Of a DNA stretch of 64,000 bases, positions 17,606 to 26,593 are shown in pieces; the stretch's first letter is position 1, and each line of letters begins with the position of its first letter. A model generated the notes under the pieces. That model was not told the DNA's origin and did not search any database. It worked only from the letters and a program-made list of their open reading frames with translations. A program made the position numbers and the translations under genes. The stretch covers positions 7,156 through 71,155 of the forward strand of contig CBDDBH010000002.1 in assembly GCA_965225625.1 (NCBI GenBank). The letters are read 5' to 3'. Source of the DNA: Gammaproteobacteria bacterium (GTDB lineage Bacteria; Pseudomonadota; Gammaproteobacteria; JADZEE01).

Positions 17606-17615
17606 TGATATATCA
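17606..17615. promoter_or_regulatory. Candidate GntR operator
   Basis: Perfect palindrome TGATATATCA in the divergent intergenic region upstream of the halogenase operon, which encodes a GntR. Confidence 0.45.
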
Positions 17616-17689
17616 ACTTAATCAGGCCGAAACGAGGCATTGCTGGATTCTGTTATCCTGCGAAAGAATTTACGCAAGGATCCGGGAAA

Positions 17690-19435
17690 ATGCTCAAAAA
17701 AGCCTCCGTCTACTCAGGCGCCGATCTGTTGTTGAATATTCTGCGCAACTACGGTGTCGAATACATCTTCTCTTCGCCCGGGACCGAATGGGCGCCCTTC
17801 TGGGAAGCACTGGCCCGTCAAAAAGGCGAAGGGCTCGATGGCCCGCAATATTTGAACACGCGCCACGAAGACATCGCGACCGGCATGGCGTTGGGCTATG
17901 GCAAAGCGACCAACAACTTCACGGTGTGCGTCATCCACTCCACCGTCGGCACTTTGCATGCGAGCATGGGGATACGCGCGGCCTACCAACAGAAAATTCC
18001 GATGTTGGTACTGTCGGGTGAGTCGGTCACCTTGGGCGAGGCGGGTCAGACCTGGGTGGGAGGACAATGGGAACGTTTTCTCACCGATTACGGCGGACCA
18101 GCGCGCCTGGTCGAACCGTTCGTAAAGTCGTCATTCAGCATCAACAGCGACACGTTATTACCTGGCACTATTCATCGAGCCTGCCGTATGGCCATGACCG
18201 CCCCGGCAGGCCCCGTGTTTCTGTCTGTTCCCTACGAGTACCTGGCGGCTCCGGCCATCGGGCCGGCGCCGGTCGCCTCCTCCATGCCGGTGCAAGCCAC
18301 CGCGGATCCAGCCGCACTGAAGCAGGCTGCTGCGATATTGGCGGGGAGCAAACGTCCGCTGCTCATAACCGAGAATCTCGGCCGCAACCCCGGTGCGGTG
18401 GCGGATCTTGTCGACCTCGCCGAGCTGCTTGGCGCACCGGTGGTCGAGAGCATGCATCCGGAACAGGTCAATTTCCCCAGACAACACGATCTGCACGGTG
18501 GCTTCGGCGTGCAGCCGTTTCTGCAAAAGTCCGACGCGGTACTTCTATTGGGTATGATCGGTTCTCCGTGGTATCCCGATACTGCGCAACGACCCAGTCA
18601 CACCCAGGTGATCGCAATTGGCGACGATCCTCTGCGCGAACGTGTTCCCTATAGCGCCATCGCGCCAGATCTGGTCATTACCGGCCGCAGCGATCAGGCC
18701 TTAGCGGAACTCAGGGATCTGGTGGCTGGCAAAATGCGTGGCAAAAAGAAGGCCGTAGCCGCGCGCCGCAAGACCATTGCGCGCACGAATAACGCGCGCC
18801 GCGCAAAGTGGCACCGCAACGCGCGTGCCCAGGCCAAGAACACGCCTATCGACATGCGCTGGTTTTGCGAGGAGCTCGCTGAGATGTTACCTGCCAACGC
18901 GATTATGGTAGATGAGACCATCGTGTCGCGCTCAACACTGCTCAATACGCTCGACCATCTGCAACCCGGTCACTTTTACGACGCTTTAAGCGGCGGCCTC
19001 GGACTTGGTCTCGGCGTGGGTCTGGGCGTTAAAGTCGCCAACCTGGACAAACCCGTCGTCACGGTCGTGGGTGACGGTACCTTCAACTACAACCCACCGC
19101 TCGCGGCTTTGGGATTCTGCCAGGAATACCGCGTACCCATGCTCATCATAATTGCCAATAACAACCGCTATCGCAGCATGCAAATGGCCGTAGAAAAAGA
19201 ATATCCAGACGGCTGGGCGGCACGCACAAACACCTACTTTGGCGCCCACATCTCACCGCGCGTCAACTATGCGGGAATGGCGGAGCTTGTCGGTGGTTAC
19301 GGTGAAACGGTCGAAGATCCTGCGGCGATCCGACCCGCGATAAACCGCGCATTGAAAGCACTAAAACAGGACCGGCCGGCGATACTCGATGTGATCATCG
19401 ATGATGAGTTGAAATTTCTTTCGAGTATTCATTAA
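17690..19435 (+). CDS. Thiamine diphosphate-dependent enzyme (benzoylformate decarboxylase/ALS-like)
   Basis: SSPGTE, RHEDIA catalytic Glu, GDGTFNY...NN ThDP motif. Confidence 0.88.
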   Translation: MLKKASVYSGADLLLNILRNYGVEYIFSSPGTEWAPFWEALARQKGEGLDGPQYLNTRHEDIATGMALGYGKATNNFTVCVIHSTVGTLHASMGIRAAYQQKIPMLVLSGESVTLGEAGQTWVGGQWERFLTDYGGPARLVEPFVKSSFSINSDTLLPGTIHRACRMAMTAPAGPVFLSVPYEYLAAPAIGPAPVASSMPVQATADPAALKQAAAILAGSKRPLLITENLGRNPGAVADLVDLAELLGAPVVESMHPEQVNFPRQHDLHGGFGVQPFLQKSDAVLLLGMIGSPWYPDTAQRPSHTQVIAIGDDPLRERVPYSAIAPDLVITGRSDQALAELRDLVAGKMRGKKKAVAARRKTIARTNNARRAKWHRNARAQAKNTPIDMRWFCEELAEMLPANAIMVDETIVSRSTLLNTLDHLQPGHFYDALSGGLGLGLGVGLGVKVANLDKPVVTVVGDGTFNYNPPLAALGFCQEYRVPMLIIIANNNRYRSMQMAVEKEYPDGWAARTNTYFGAHISPRVNYAGMAELVGGYGETVEDPAAIRPAINRALKALKQDRPAILDVIIDDELKFLSSIH

Positions 19436-19456
19436 CGCATCGCGGCGGGACCGCGA

Positions 19457-19840
19457 TTAGCCGGCGGCGTCTTTAGCGGTGTCGAGACGAGATGCGCCTG
19501 AACCCTTGACGCCTTCGTGCGTCTTGCGCACGCGCATGTGGTTGCCTTCAACAGTAACCTCGTAGCCACCGATATCTTCACCGGGTGCATTAACGCACTT
19601 TCCCGATTCCATCCGGTACACATAACCGTGGAGATTACATCTGAGCAACGAGCCATTACTCATCGGCATTCCGGTTTTCAACAGGTCCGCACGTCTGTGC
19701 GCGCAGAAGCGACCGACACCGTGGTATTTTTCTCCCGCTTTGTAAATCACTACCCTGTCGTCGCCGGCTTTAGCGGCGACCGGAAATTCTGTTGTCGAGG
19801 GGTCGATACCTTCCAGCTCAATCCAAACGTTGTCTTCCAT
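19457..19840 (-). CDS. Rieske [2Fe-2S] ferredoxin-like protein
   Basis: CAHRRADL...CNLHGYVY. Confidence 0.8.
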   Translation of the reverse strand: MEDNVWIELEGIDPSTTEFPVAAKAGDDRVVIYKAGEKYHGVGRFCAHRRADLLKTGMPMSNGSLLRCNLHGYVYRMESGKCVNAPGEDIGGYEVTVEGNHMRVRKTHEGVKGSGASRLDTAKDAAG

Positions 19841-19903
19841 CGCGTTCGCCGCTCCTCGTGTCTGCTTTGATTCAGGCGCTTCGCTCTTTGGCGAGCCCGG
19901 ATG

Positions 19904-20131
19904 TTAAACCAAGGCTTGGCATTTGCCCAGATGCGGCCACAGTTTAATCACCGACGGCAACAAGATCATGAATGACATCTGAAGCGCGTGCAGCTGCGTC
20001 CTGCCGATCGTCGAGATAAGTAGTCCCAAAGACAAGACTGTGACGATGAACACTGTCGCCAGCGCCTGTTCCGCCTCGGCGAGGTTGGCTCGAGTTGCGG
20101 CGACGTCTTCAATGCGGGTCCCTTCCTGCAA
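19904..20131 (-). pseudogene. Fused remnant of an HlyD-type adaptor and an ABC-2 permease
   Basis: QEGTRIEDVAATRANLAEAEQALA (HlyD coiled-coil-like) joined in frame to FIVTVLSLGLLISTIGRTQLHALQMSFMILLPS (ABC-2 permease-like). Confidence 0.65.
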
Positions 20132-20141
20132 GTGCTACGCC

Positions 20142-21122
20142 TTACTGCGGATGAGCAGCTGCCGTGCGTGCACGCTGGCGGACCAAGGCAAGAACGATAT
20201 CGATTGCCGGTGTCGCCACGGCAACCACCCGCCCCAACTCCTGCACGGCCGCAACCAGCGCTTCGATTTCCATCGGCCGGCCACGCTCCAGATCCTGCAG
20301 CATGGAGGTCTTGTGGGCGCCCACCGCCGCCGCGCCGTCGATGCGTTTGTCCACGTCGACGCCAAAGCGTACACCGAGTCGCTCGCCGATTGCCTGCGCC
20401 TCGACCATCATTGCGCGGGCAACATCGCGCGTGCCTGGTGAATCGGTCGCAATGACATCCAAAGTGGCATGAGTCAGCGCACTGATGGGATTGAAACTTA
20501 GATTGCCCCAGAGCTTTATCCAAATCTCATCGCGAATGCGGCGGATGGGTGACTTGAACCCCGCATCCCTAAGCGCCGCACTGAAAGCCTCAACGCGCTG
20601 CGTTTTCTCACCGCTGGGCTCACCGACTGAAAAACGATTGCCGTCGAGATGTTCGATAACACCGGGTTCTACAACTTCGCATGCAGGATAAACGACACAG
20701 CCAATGGCTCGCTGCGGTCCGATTTCATCCCAGATCCGACCGCCAGGATCGACGCTTTGCACACGTCGGTCCTGCCACTCGCCGGCCAATTTGTAGAAAT
20801 ACCACCACGGCACACCATTGGTCGCAGTGACAACGGCCGTGTCGGCGCTGAGCAAAGGCTTTATGCGTTCAACGATAGCGGGCACCGAGTGGGCTTTGAG
20901 CGTGACAATCACGAAGTCCTGCGGTTGCAGCGTCGCCGGATCGTCGCTGGCCTCAAGCTCAACGCTCCGTTCGTTTCCGTCTATGCGTAGGCGCAAGCCG
21001 TCGGCCTTTATCGCCTGCAGATGCGGGCCACGCGCAATTATCGATACCTGCTGTCCGCTGGTCGCGAGTTGCACTGCCAGGTAACCGCCGATCGCGCCGG
21101 CGCCGTATACGCAGATCCGCAT
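20142..21122 (-). CDS. panE: 2-dehydropantoate 2-reductase family protein (PanE2/oxalyl-CoA reductase-like)
   Basis: GAGAIGG, NGVPWWYF, WIKLWGNLSFNPISALT, KTSMLQDLERGRPMEI. Confidence 0.85.
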   Translation of the reverse strand: MRICVYGAGAIGGYLAVQLATSGQQVSIIARGPHLQAIKADGLRLRIDGNERSVELEASDDPATLQPQDFVIVTLKAHSVPAIVERIKPLLSADTAVVTATNGVPWWYFYKLAGEWQDRRVQSVDPGGRIWDEIGPQRAIGCVVYPACEVVEPGVIEHLDGNRFSVGEPSGEKTQRVEAFSAALRDAGFKSPIRRIRDEIWIKLWGNLSFNPISALTHATLDVIATDSPGTRDVARAMMVEAQAIGERLGVRFGVDVDKRIDGAAAVGAHKTSMLQDLERGRPMEIEALVAAVQELGRVVAVATPAIDIVLALVRQRARTAAAHPQ

Positions 21123-21136
21123 CGCGTTTGCCCGCG

Positions 21137-22654
21137 TCAGGTTAATCCGAGCTTCTCGGCGAGCCCGATGCGCTGCATTTTACCGGTGGGCCCTTTCGGG
21201 ATCTCGTCGAGAAACACAATCTGCCGTGGTACTTTGAAATCCGCGAGCCGCTGTGCGGCAAAATCTCGGATCTCACGCTCGCTTGCCTGCTGGCCCTCGG
21301 CCAATACCACCGCTGCGGCGACATCCTCGCCGAGTTTGTCGTGCGGCTTGCCGAAGGTGACAACCTGTTGCACGGCGGGATGATCCATCAACACATCGTC
21401 GACTTCGCGCGGAGATATTTTTTCACCGCCGCGATTGATGATCTCTTTCAGGCGACCCGTTATACGCAGATAACCCTCCTCATCCATCACTCCCTGATCA
21501 CCCGTGCGGAACCAGCCGTTGGTAAACGCCTCGGCATTTGCCTTGGGATTACTTTCGTAGCCGGCCGTTACATTTGCGCCGCGAATAACAATCTCGCCGA
21601 CCTGGCCGCCCGCCAGTAGTTCGCCGGACGCGTCCATCACGCTGACCTCGGGGCCAGCCGCCACGCCTACAGTACCCGGCTTGCGCTCTCGCGGCGGCAA
21701 CGGATTACTGGTCGTCTGGTGGGCCGCCTCGGTCATTGCATAGGCCTCGATCACTGGGGCACCGAACGCTTGCTCCAGCGCGACCATCACCTGACTCGGG
21801 AGCGACGCCGAACTCGATCGAATAAAACGTAACTGCTTACGTTCGATTACATCGCGGCTGCGCTCCGCGCGGGCGAGGATCGCTTGATGCATCGTTGGTA
21901 CCGCCGTGTACCAGCTCGGCGATGAATCCTCCAGCCAGCCGAAGAACTTCAGCGCGTTGAAACCCGGACAGCAGTAGGTGCTACCCCCGGCTCCCAAGGA
22001 CGCCAGTATGGCCGCTATTAAACCGTGAATGTGGAATAGCGGCATCATGTTCAGACAGCAATCCTCAGCGCTCAGCGCCAGTGTCGTTTGAATATTCTGC
22101 GCGGAGGCCGTTACATTACTATGCATGAGGGGCACGATCTTAGGACGTGAAGTCGTGCCGGACGTGTGTAACACCAAGGCAATGTCATCGGCTTGCGCAA
22201 GACCGGTGCTGACAGGCGTGCCCCCGGTCGTGTTGACGAACTCGAACAGTCCCGCAGGCTGTTGTGGTTGATGCGTAATCTCCAGCACGGGTATATCGAG
22301 CTTCGCTGCCGCGGCGCGCGCCGGTGTTTCATCACCCTGCGCTACGATCAACGCCTTGGCCTTTAGATCAGATATATAAAATTCGAACTCATCCTGCCGG
22401 TAGGCGGGGTTCAAAGGCGCCGTCGTTGCTGCACACGCGATCGCAGTGAAGGCACTCGCCATCTCTGGTCCGTTCGGCAATACAATCGCGACGAGATCGC
22501 CTCGGCCAATACCCAATGCGTTCAGCGCGGTGACCGTTGCGGTGATGTGCGCGCGTAGCCCGGCATGGTCTAGAACGCTGCGTTCGGGCGCTGCCAACGC
22601 GGGCGCGCTTGCTGTAGCCGCACCCATGAGGTCAAAAATAGTGTGTCCAGCCAT
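21137..22654 (-). CDS. Acyl-CoA synthetase, oxalate-CoA ligase type
   Basis: HTSGTTSRPKIVPL, MPLFHIHGL, WYTAVPTMHQ, FIRSSSASL, EAYAMTE, PKGPTGK. Confidence 0.85.
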   Translation of the reverse strand: MAGHTIFDLMGAATASAPALAAPERSVLDHAGLRAHITATVTALNALGIGRGDLVAIVLPNGPEMASAFTAIACAATTAPLNPAYRQDEFEFYISDLKAKALIVAQGDETPARAAAAKLDIPVLEITHQPQQPAGLFEFVNTTGGTPVSTGLAQADDIALVLHTSGTTSRPKIVPLMHSNVTASAQNIQTTLALSAEDCCLNMMPLFHIHGLIAAILASLGAGGSTYCCPGFNALKFFGWLEDSSPSWYTAVPTMHQAILARAERSRDVIERKQLRFIRSSSASLPSQVMVALEQAFGAPVIEAYAMTEAAHQTTSNPLPPRERKPGTVGVAAGPEVSVMDASGELLAGGQVGEIVIRGANVTAGYESNPKANAEAFTNGWFRTGDQGVMDEEGYLRITGRLKEIINRGGEKISPREVDDVLMDHPAVQQVVTFGKPHDKLGEDVAAAVVLAEGQQASEREIRDFAAQRLADFKVPRQIVFLDEIPKGPTGKMQRIGLAEKLGLT

Positions 22655-22734
22655 ACTTAGCGCCTGCGAAAAAACCGGCGGTATAGACTACACGAAGTTG
22701 CTGACAAGGTGCGTGCTGCGCGCGAACCGGTACG

Positions 22735-23151
22735 TCAGGGAAAAGTCGATGCGTATTTGCCGATCCATTCCTGCGCGGCAGCCTCTGCTGAAAGGGCACG
22801 TCCGTCGTTGTCGAACGCATCTTTACGATACTGTTCGATATGACAGATCTGTTCGCACATGCGGGCACGAAAGGCCTCTTTGGCGTCGAGGAACTCGACT
22901 CCGATCTGGTAGGATTCGCCAAGCCGATGGCACCAGACGACGCGACCATCGATTAGTTCGTTCTCGTCGATCATTGGAAAACCAACCTTGACCATGTTTC
23001 CCAGCTCTAACGGATCGACCGACACGCACGCCAGGCCGCCTATACTTACATTGGCCATTGGCCGAAGAGCGCCGCTCTGCGCATCCGTGCTCAACAGGCG
23101 AACAGGAATGTCGCTTGGGTGTCTGATGAAATTTCTATGCTCAACGCCCAT
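22735..23151 (-). CDS. PilZ domain protein
   Basis: RxxxR (HRNFIRHP) and NxSxxG (NVSIGG) motifs; ATG 23151 preferred as start. Confidence 0.85.
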   Translation of the reverse strand: MGVEHRNFIRHPSDIPVRLLSTDAQSGALRPMANVSIGGLACVSVDPLELGNMVKVGFPMIDENELIDGRVVWCHRLGESYQIGVEFLDAKEAFRARMCEQICHIEQYRKDAFDNDGRALSAEAAAQEWIGKYASTFP

Positions 23152-23294
23152 TGGAATTACGTTTACCGATTTTTCTCCTGTAGGCCTATTGACAGCTTGG
23201 CGATAAACCTTTGTGGGGAACTTTTTACACTGAGCCGTTCGCGTCCACAATAGCGGCTCAGTGAATCGCAGTATCGCTCAGCAAGGACTAAATT

Positions 23295-24272
23295 ATGGGT
23301 TCTCTCGTAGATGGTACATGGCAGGAAGGCGACAGTCGCACCGGTGCGGACGGCAAGTACGTTCGCAAAAACACCCAGTTCCGTAACTGGATCACCCACG
23401 ACGGAGCGCCGGGGCCAAGCGGCACAGGCGGATTTCCAGCCGAAGCTGGTCGTTATCATTTGTATATTTCACATGCTTGCCCCTGGGCCCACCGCACCCT
23501 CATATATCGTAAGCTCAAAGGCTTGGAGGACATGATCTCGATCTCTGTCGTCAATCCGTTCATGGGTAGCGGCGGTTGGAGTTTTGAATCCGGTCCCGGG
23601 GTAGTCGCCGATCCAGTCGGCGATGCAGCCCACATGCATCACGTCTACGTCCGTGCCGACCCGCACTACACGGGCCGCGCATCAGTACCTATATTGTGGG
23701 ACCTAGCGGGAGAGACCATTGTCAGCAACGAATCTTCCGAAATCATCCGTATGTTCAACGATTCCTTCGACCAGCTCGGCGCAGAACCGACGGATTATTA
23801 TCCGCCGTCTCTGCGCATTGAGATTGACGCGTTAAACGCCGAAATCTATGCGAACGTGAATAATGGTGTGTATCGAGCCGGTTTTGCGCGCACACAGGAA
23901 ACTTATGAGGCCGCGGTTAACGATGTCTTCACAACACTGGATGCACTCGAACAACGGCTAGGCGCGCAGCGCTACCTGACTGGCAAGCGCCCAACAGAAG
24001 CGGACTGGCGTTTGTTCCCGACCCTGGTTCGTTTCGATCCGGTCTACGCCGGGCATTTCAAATGCAACTGGCGACGCATCCACGACTATCCAAATCTGTG
24101 GAACTATCTATGCGATCTCTACCAGTTGCCGAGTATCGCCGAAACCGTACACCTGGATCACATCAAGCAACACTATTACCAGAGTCACGAATCCGTAAAT
24201 CCCACCCGCATCGTACCGATAGGGCCGGATATCGATTACACCGAGCCACATGATCGGGCACGATTAATGTGA
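23295..24272 (+). CDS. yqjG: Glutathionyl-hydroquinone reductase (omega-like GST, YqjG/ECM4 family)
   Basis: YHLYISHACPWAHR, SVPILWD, NESSEIIR, VNNGVYRAGFA, HIKQHYYQSH. Confidence 0.9.
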   Translation: MGSLVDGTWQEGDSRTGADGKYVRKNTQFRNWITHDGAPGPSGTGGFPAEAGRYHLYISHACPWAHRTLIYRKLKGLEDMISISVVNPFMGSGGWSFESGPGVVADPVGDAAHMHHVYVRADPHYTGRASVPILWDLAGETIVSNESSEIIRMFNDSFDQLGAEPTDYYPPSLRIEIDALNAEIYANVNNGVYRAGFARTQETYEAAVNDVFTTLDALEQRLGAQRYLTGKRPTEADWRLFPTLVRFDPVYAGHFKCNWRRIHDYPNLWNYLCDLYQLPSIAETVHLDHIKQHYYQSHESVNPTRIVPIGPDIDYTEPHDRARLM

Positions 24273-24344
24273 CCGAGGGTAAAGATCTCTCATGCCGAAG
24301 CATCGTCGAGAAACAACACACTGCACCCTTTCTTACCTAAGCGC

Positions 24345-24977
24345 TTAATCCGGCCCGCGCCACACGCTCGCTAGCCACGGCTGCTTCTCGCGTGGCTGAC
24401 CTTCCGGTCGGTAGTAATGTGTGAGTTCGAGGAACCCCGCCGAGGTCACATACTCGCGCCAGCTTTCCAGATCATGAAATGCACCATAGCGGCCACTTTG
24501 CCAGCCCTCGTCGTTGTTGCCGCGCGGATTCGAAGTGAACAGCACGCCACCAGGCTTCAAAGCGGCACACAGTTCCTGCAACACCCGCAATAACTCCTGG
24601 CTGGGGACGTGAAACAACGATGCGTTGGCGAAAACGCCGTCGAAACGCCGCGCGGGCAGCTCGAGTGCTAGAAAATCCTGCTGCAACACCTCGCAGCCCG
24701 TATGCTGTCGCGCCATGTTTACAAATTGCGCCGCGCCGTCCAGCCCAACCGCAACATGGCCCAGTTCCTTGAACACTTCGAGATCCCGTCCCGGTCCGCA
24801 GCCAAAATCAAGTATCGTGAAAGGTGGAGAAACAAGGATGTGCTGCAACAACGCGGCAACATTCTGGCTCACATCGTGATCACGCGTCCCGCGCCAGAAA
24901 TCCTCGGCGCTTGATTCGTAGACTGCCAGCGTTGCCGAGACAACTTCGGCGAGTTCCTTTGCACTCAGTTTCTTCAA
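24345..24977 (-). CDS. Class I SAM-dependent methyltransferase
   Basis: ILDFGCGPGRD motif I; FDGVFANASLFH. Confidence 0.88.
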   Translation of the reverse strand: MKKLSAKELAEVVSATLAVYESSAEDFWRGTRDHDVSQNVAALLQHILVSPPFTILDFGCGPGRDLEVFKELGHVAVGLDGAAQFVNMARQHTGCEVLQQDFLALELPARRFDGVFANASLFHVPSQELLRVLQELCAALKPGGVLFTSNPRGNNDEGWQSGRYGAFHDLESWREYVTSAGFLELTHYYRPEGQPREKQPWLASVWRGPD

Positions 24978-25150
24978 TCTAAGCCCTCAATTTTTACCGC
25001 CTGCTCGCGCATTGTAGCCAAATAGTACGTCCGCCCAGCTTCGGGCAAGCGTCGCGAGCAGCCTCCCCACGATATTCGGTCGCGGTAAAGTGGTGTTTGG
25101 GTTCGACGGGCATCACTCATAGAATGGCCACCTGGTACGGGATAAATTGA

Positions 25151-26578
25151 ATGAGTTCCAGTAAACGACTAAGCGACGCGATGGACGACCACGCGCTGGA
25201 GCGGGTCCCCGATAGCGAACGTAAGACCTGGCTGACCATTGCCTGGAACAGCGTGGGTTTAGTGACGACGCTGGTTATCCTGTTCCTCGGTGCACTCGTG
25301 TGCTTCGTCGCCGGGGTAAAGCTGGCTTTGTATGCCGGCATCACTGTGCTGCTTGTCGGCAGTTCTCTCGCCTGGGCAATTGCCCACATCGCTTACACCA
25401 CAGGCTGCTCCAGCACCGTGCTCACACGCCAGTACGGTCTTGGAATACGCGGCTCCGCGCTTGCATCAACCGTCTTCGGCTGCATGATTATCAGTTTCCT
25501 CGCGATCGAGAATGCGCTGCTGTATCGCGGCTTCATCTTTTTCTTCGAAGCACAGGACACCGTCACCCTACGCATCATCATTTATGGATTGTTCACCGTC
25601 GCCTGGATATCGCTGACGGCATTCGGTTTCCAGCTGGTGGCGCGCGTATCGTCGATCATGGTTATCGGATTCCTGCTGGTGTTGGCCTGGATCGTCGTCG
25701 ACATCGTGCGGCAATCGGATTACGAGCTTGCCCAACTCGTATTGTTTCCGACGCAATTGCCGGACTCAGCGTTAGACGGTATGGGGATAAAATCCGACTT
25801 CGACAAATATGTCTTCAGCCTCAATATCCTGATCGGCCCGGCCGGTGCGATCGCGCTCAACAACGCGGATTTCGGCCGCTATGGACGATCTACCGCGGAT
25901 GCCGGGATCGCCGGGACACTCGCGGTACTGATGCAATCCTGCATCGTTATGGTTATTGGTGGAATTCTCATGTTTGCCGGTGCCAGTACCGTGATGGAGT
26001 ATTTTGTAAACGTGAAAGGTTACTCGCCCGAGGCTGCCGAACGCGCGGTGCTGCAAAGCCCCGATACGATTGCCGCCACCTTCATGGTATTCGGCGGGGC
26101 GCTCGGTTTCGCCTTGATGCTGCTCGCGCAATGCAAAGCGCAAGTGCTCAATACCTACAGCTCCTCGCTGTCTTTCACCAATCTATTCGACGCGCTATTC
26201 GATTGGAGGCCGGGGCGTTTCTTTTTCGTAATCCTCGTGAATATTATTTCGCTGCTCATGTTGTATGGACATATCCTCGAATTCGTCGAAGCTTGGATTA
26301 CATTCCTGGGGGTCTTTCTGACTTGTCTCGCAGGTGTGGTAATCGCGGATTTCTATATTGTCGCTCCACGAATACGGGCTTTCGCGGACACCAGCCAGGA
26401 GGCGATCAATGTCGCCGGGGTCGTAACCGTAATCGGCAGCACATTGCTTGCCCATTACGTCTTCACCGCGTTCATACCGATCGAATTCGTTGCCTCGCTA
26501 GGCGGTGCACTCGTTTTGTATCCACTGCTACGCCTCACTATTCTGCGTCCGCAGGTCGCCACTGGCGCGAGCGCGTAA
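25151..26578 (+). CDS. Purine-cytosine permease (NCS1/CodB-like)
   Basis: DDHALERVP N-terminus, about 12 TM segments, ADFGRY, NTYSSSLS. Confidence 0.85.
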   Translation: MSSSKRLSDAMDDHALERVPDSERKTWLTIAWNSVGLVTTLVILFLGALVCFVAGVKLALYAGITVLLVGSSLAWAIAHIAYTTGCSSTVLTRQYGLGIRGSALASTVFGCMIISFLAIENALLYRGFIFFFEAQDTVTLRIIIYGLFTVAWISLTAFGFQLVARVSSIMVIGFLLVLAWIVVDIVRQSDYELAQLVLFPTQLPDSALDGMGIKSDFDKYVFSLNILIGPAGAIALNNADFGRYGRSTADAGIAGTLAVLMQSCIVMVIGGILMFAGASTVMEYFVNVKGYSPEAAERAVLQSPDTIAATFMVFGGALGFALMLLAQCKAQVLNTYSSSLSFTNLFDALFDWRPGRFFFVILVNIISLLMLYGHILEFVEAWITFLGVFLTCLAGVVIADFYIVAPRIRAFADTSQEAINVAGVVTVIGSTLLAHYVFTAFIPIEFVASLGGALVLYPLLRLTILRPQVATGASA

Positions 26579-26593
26579 CTCAAGGAGTTCAAT

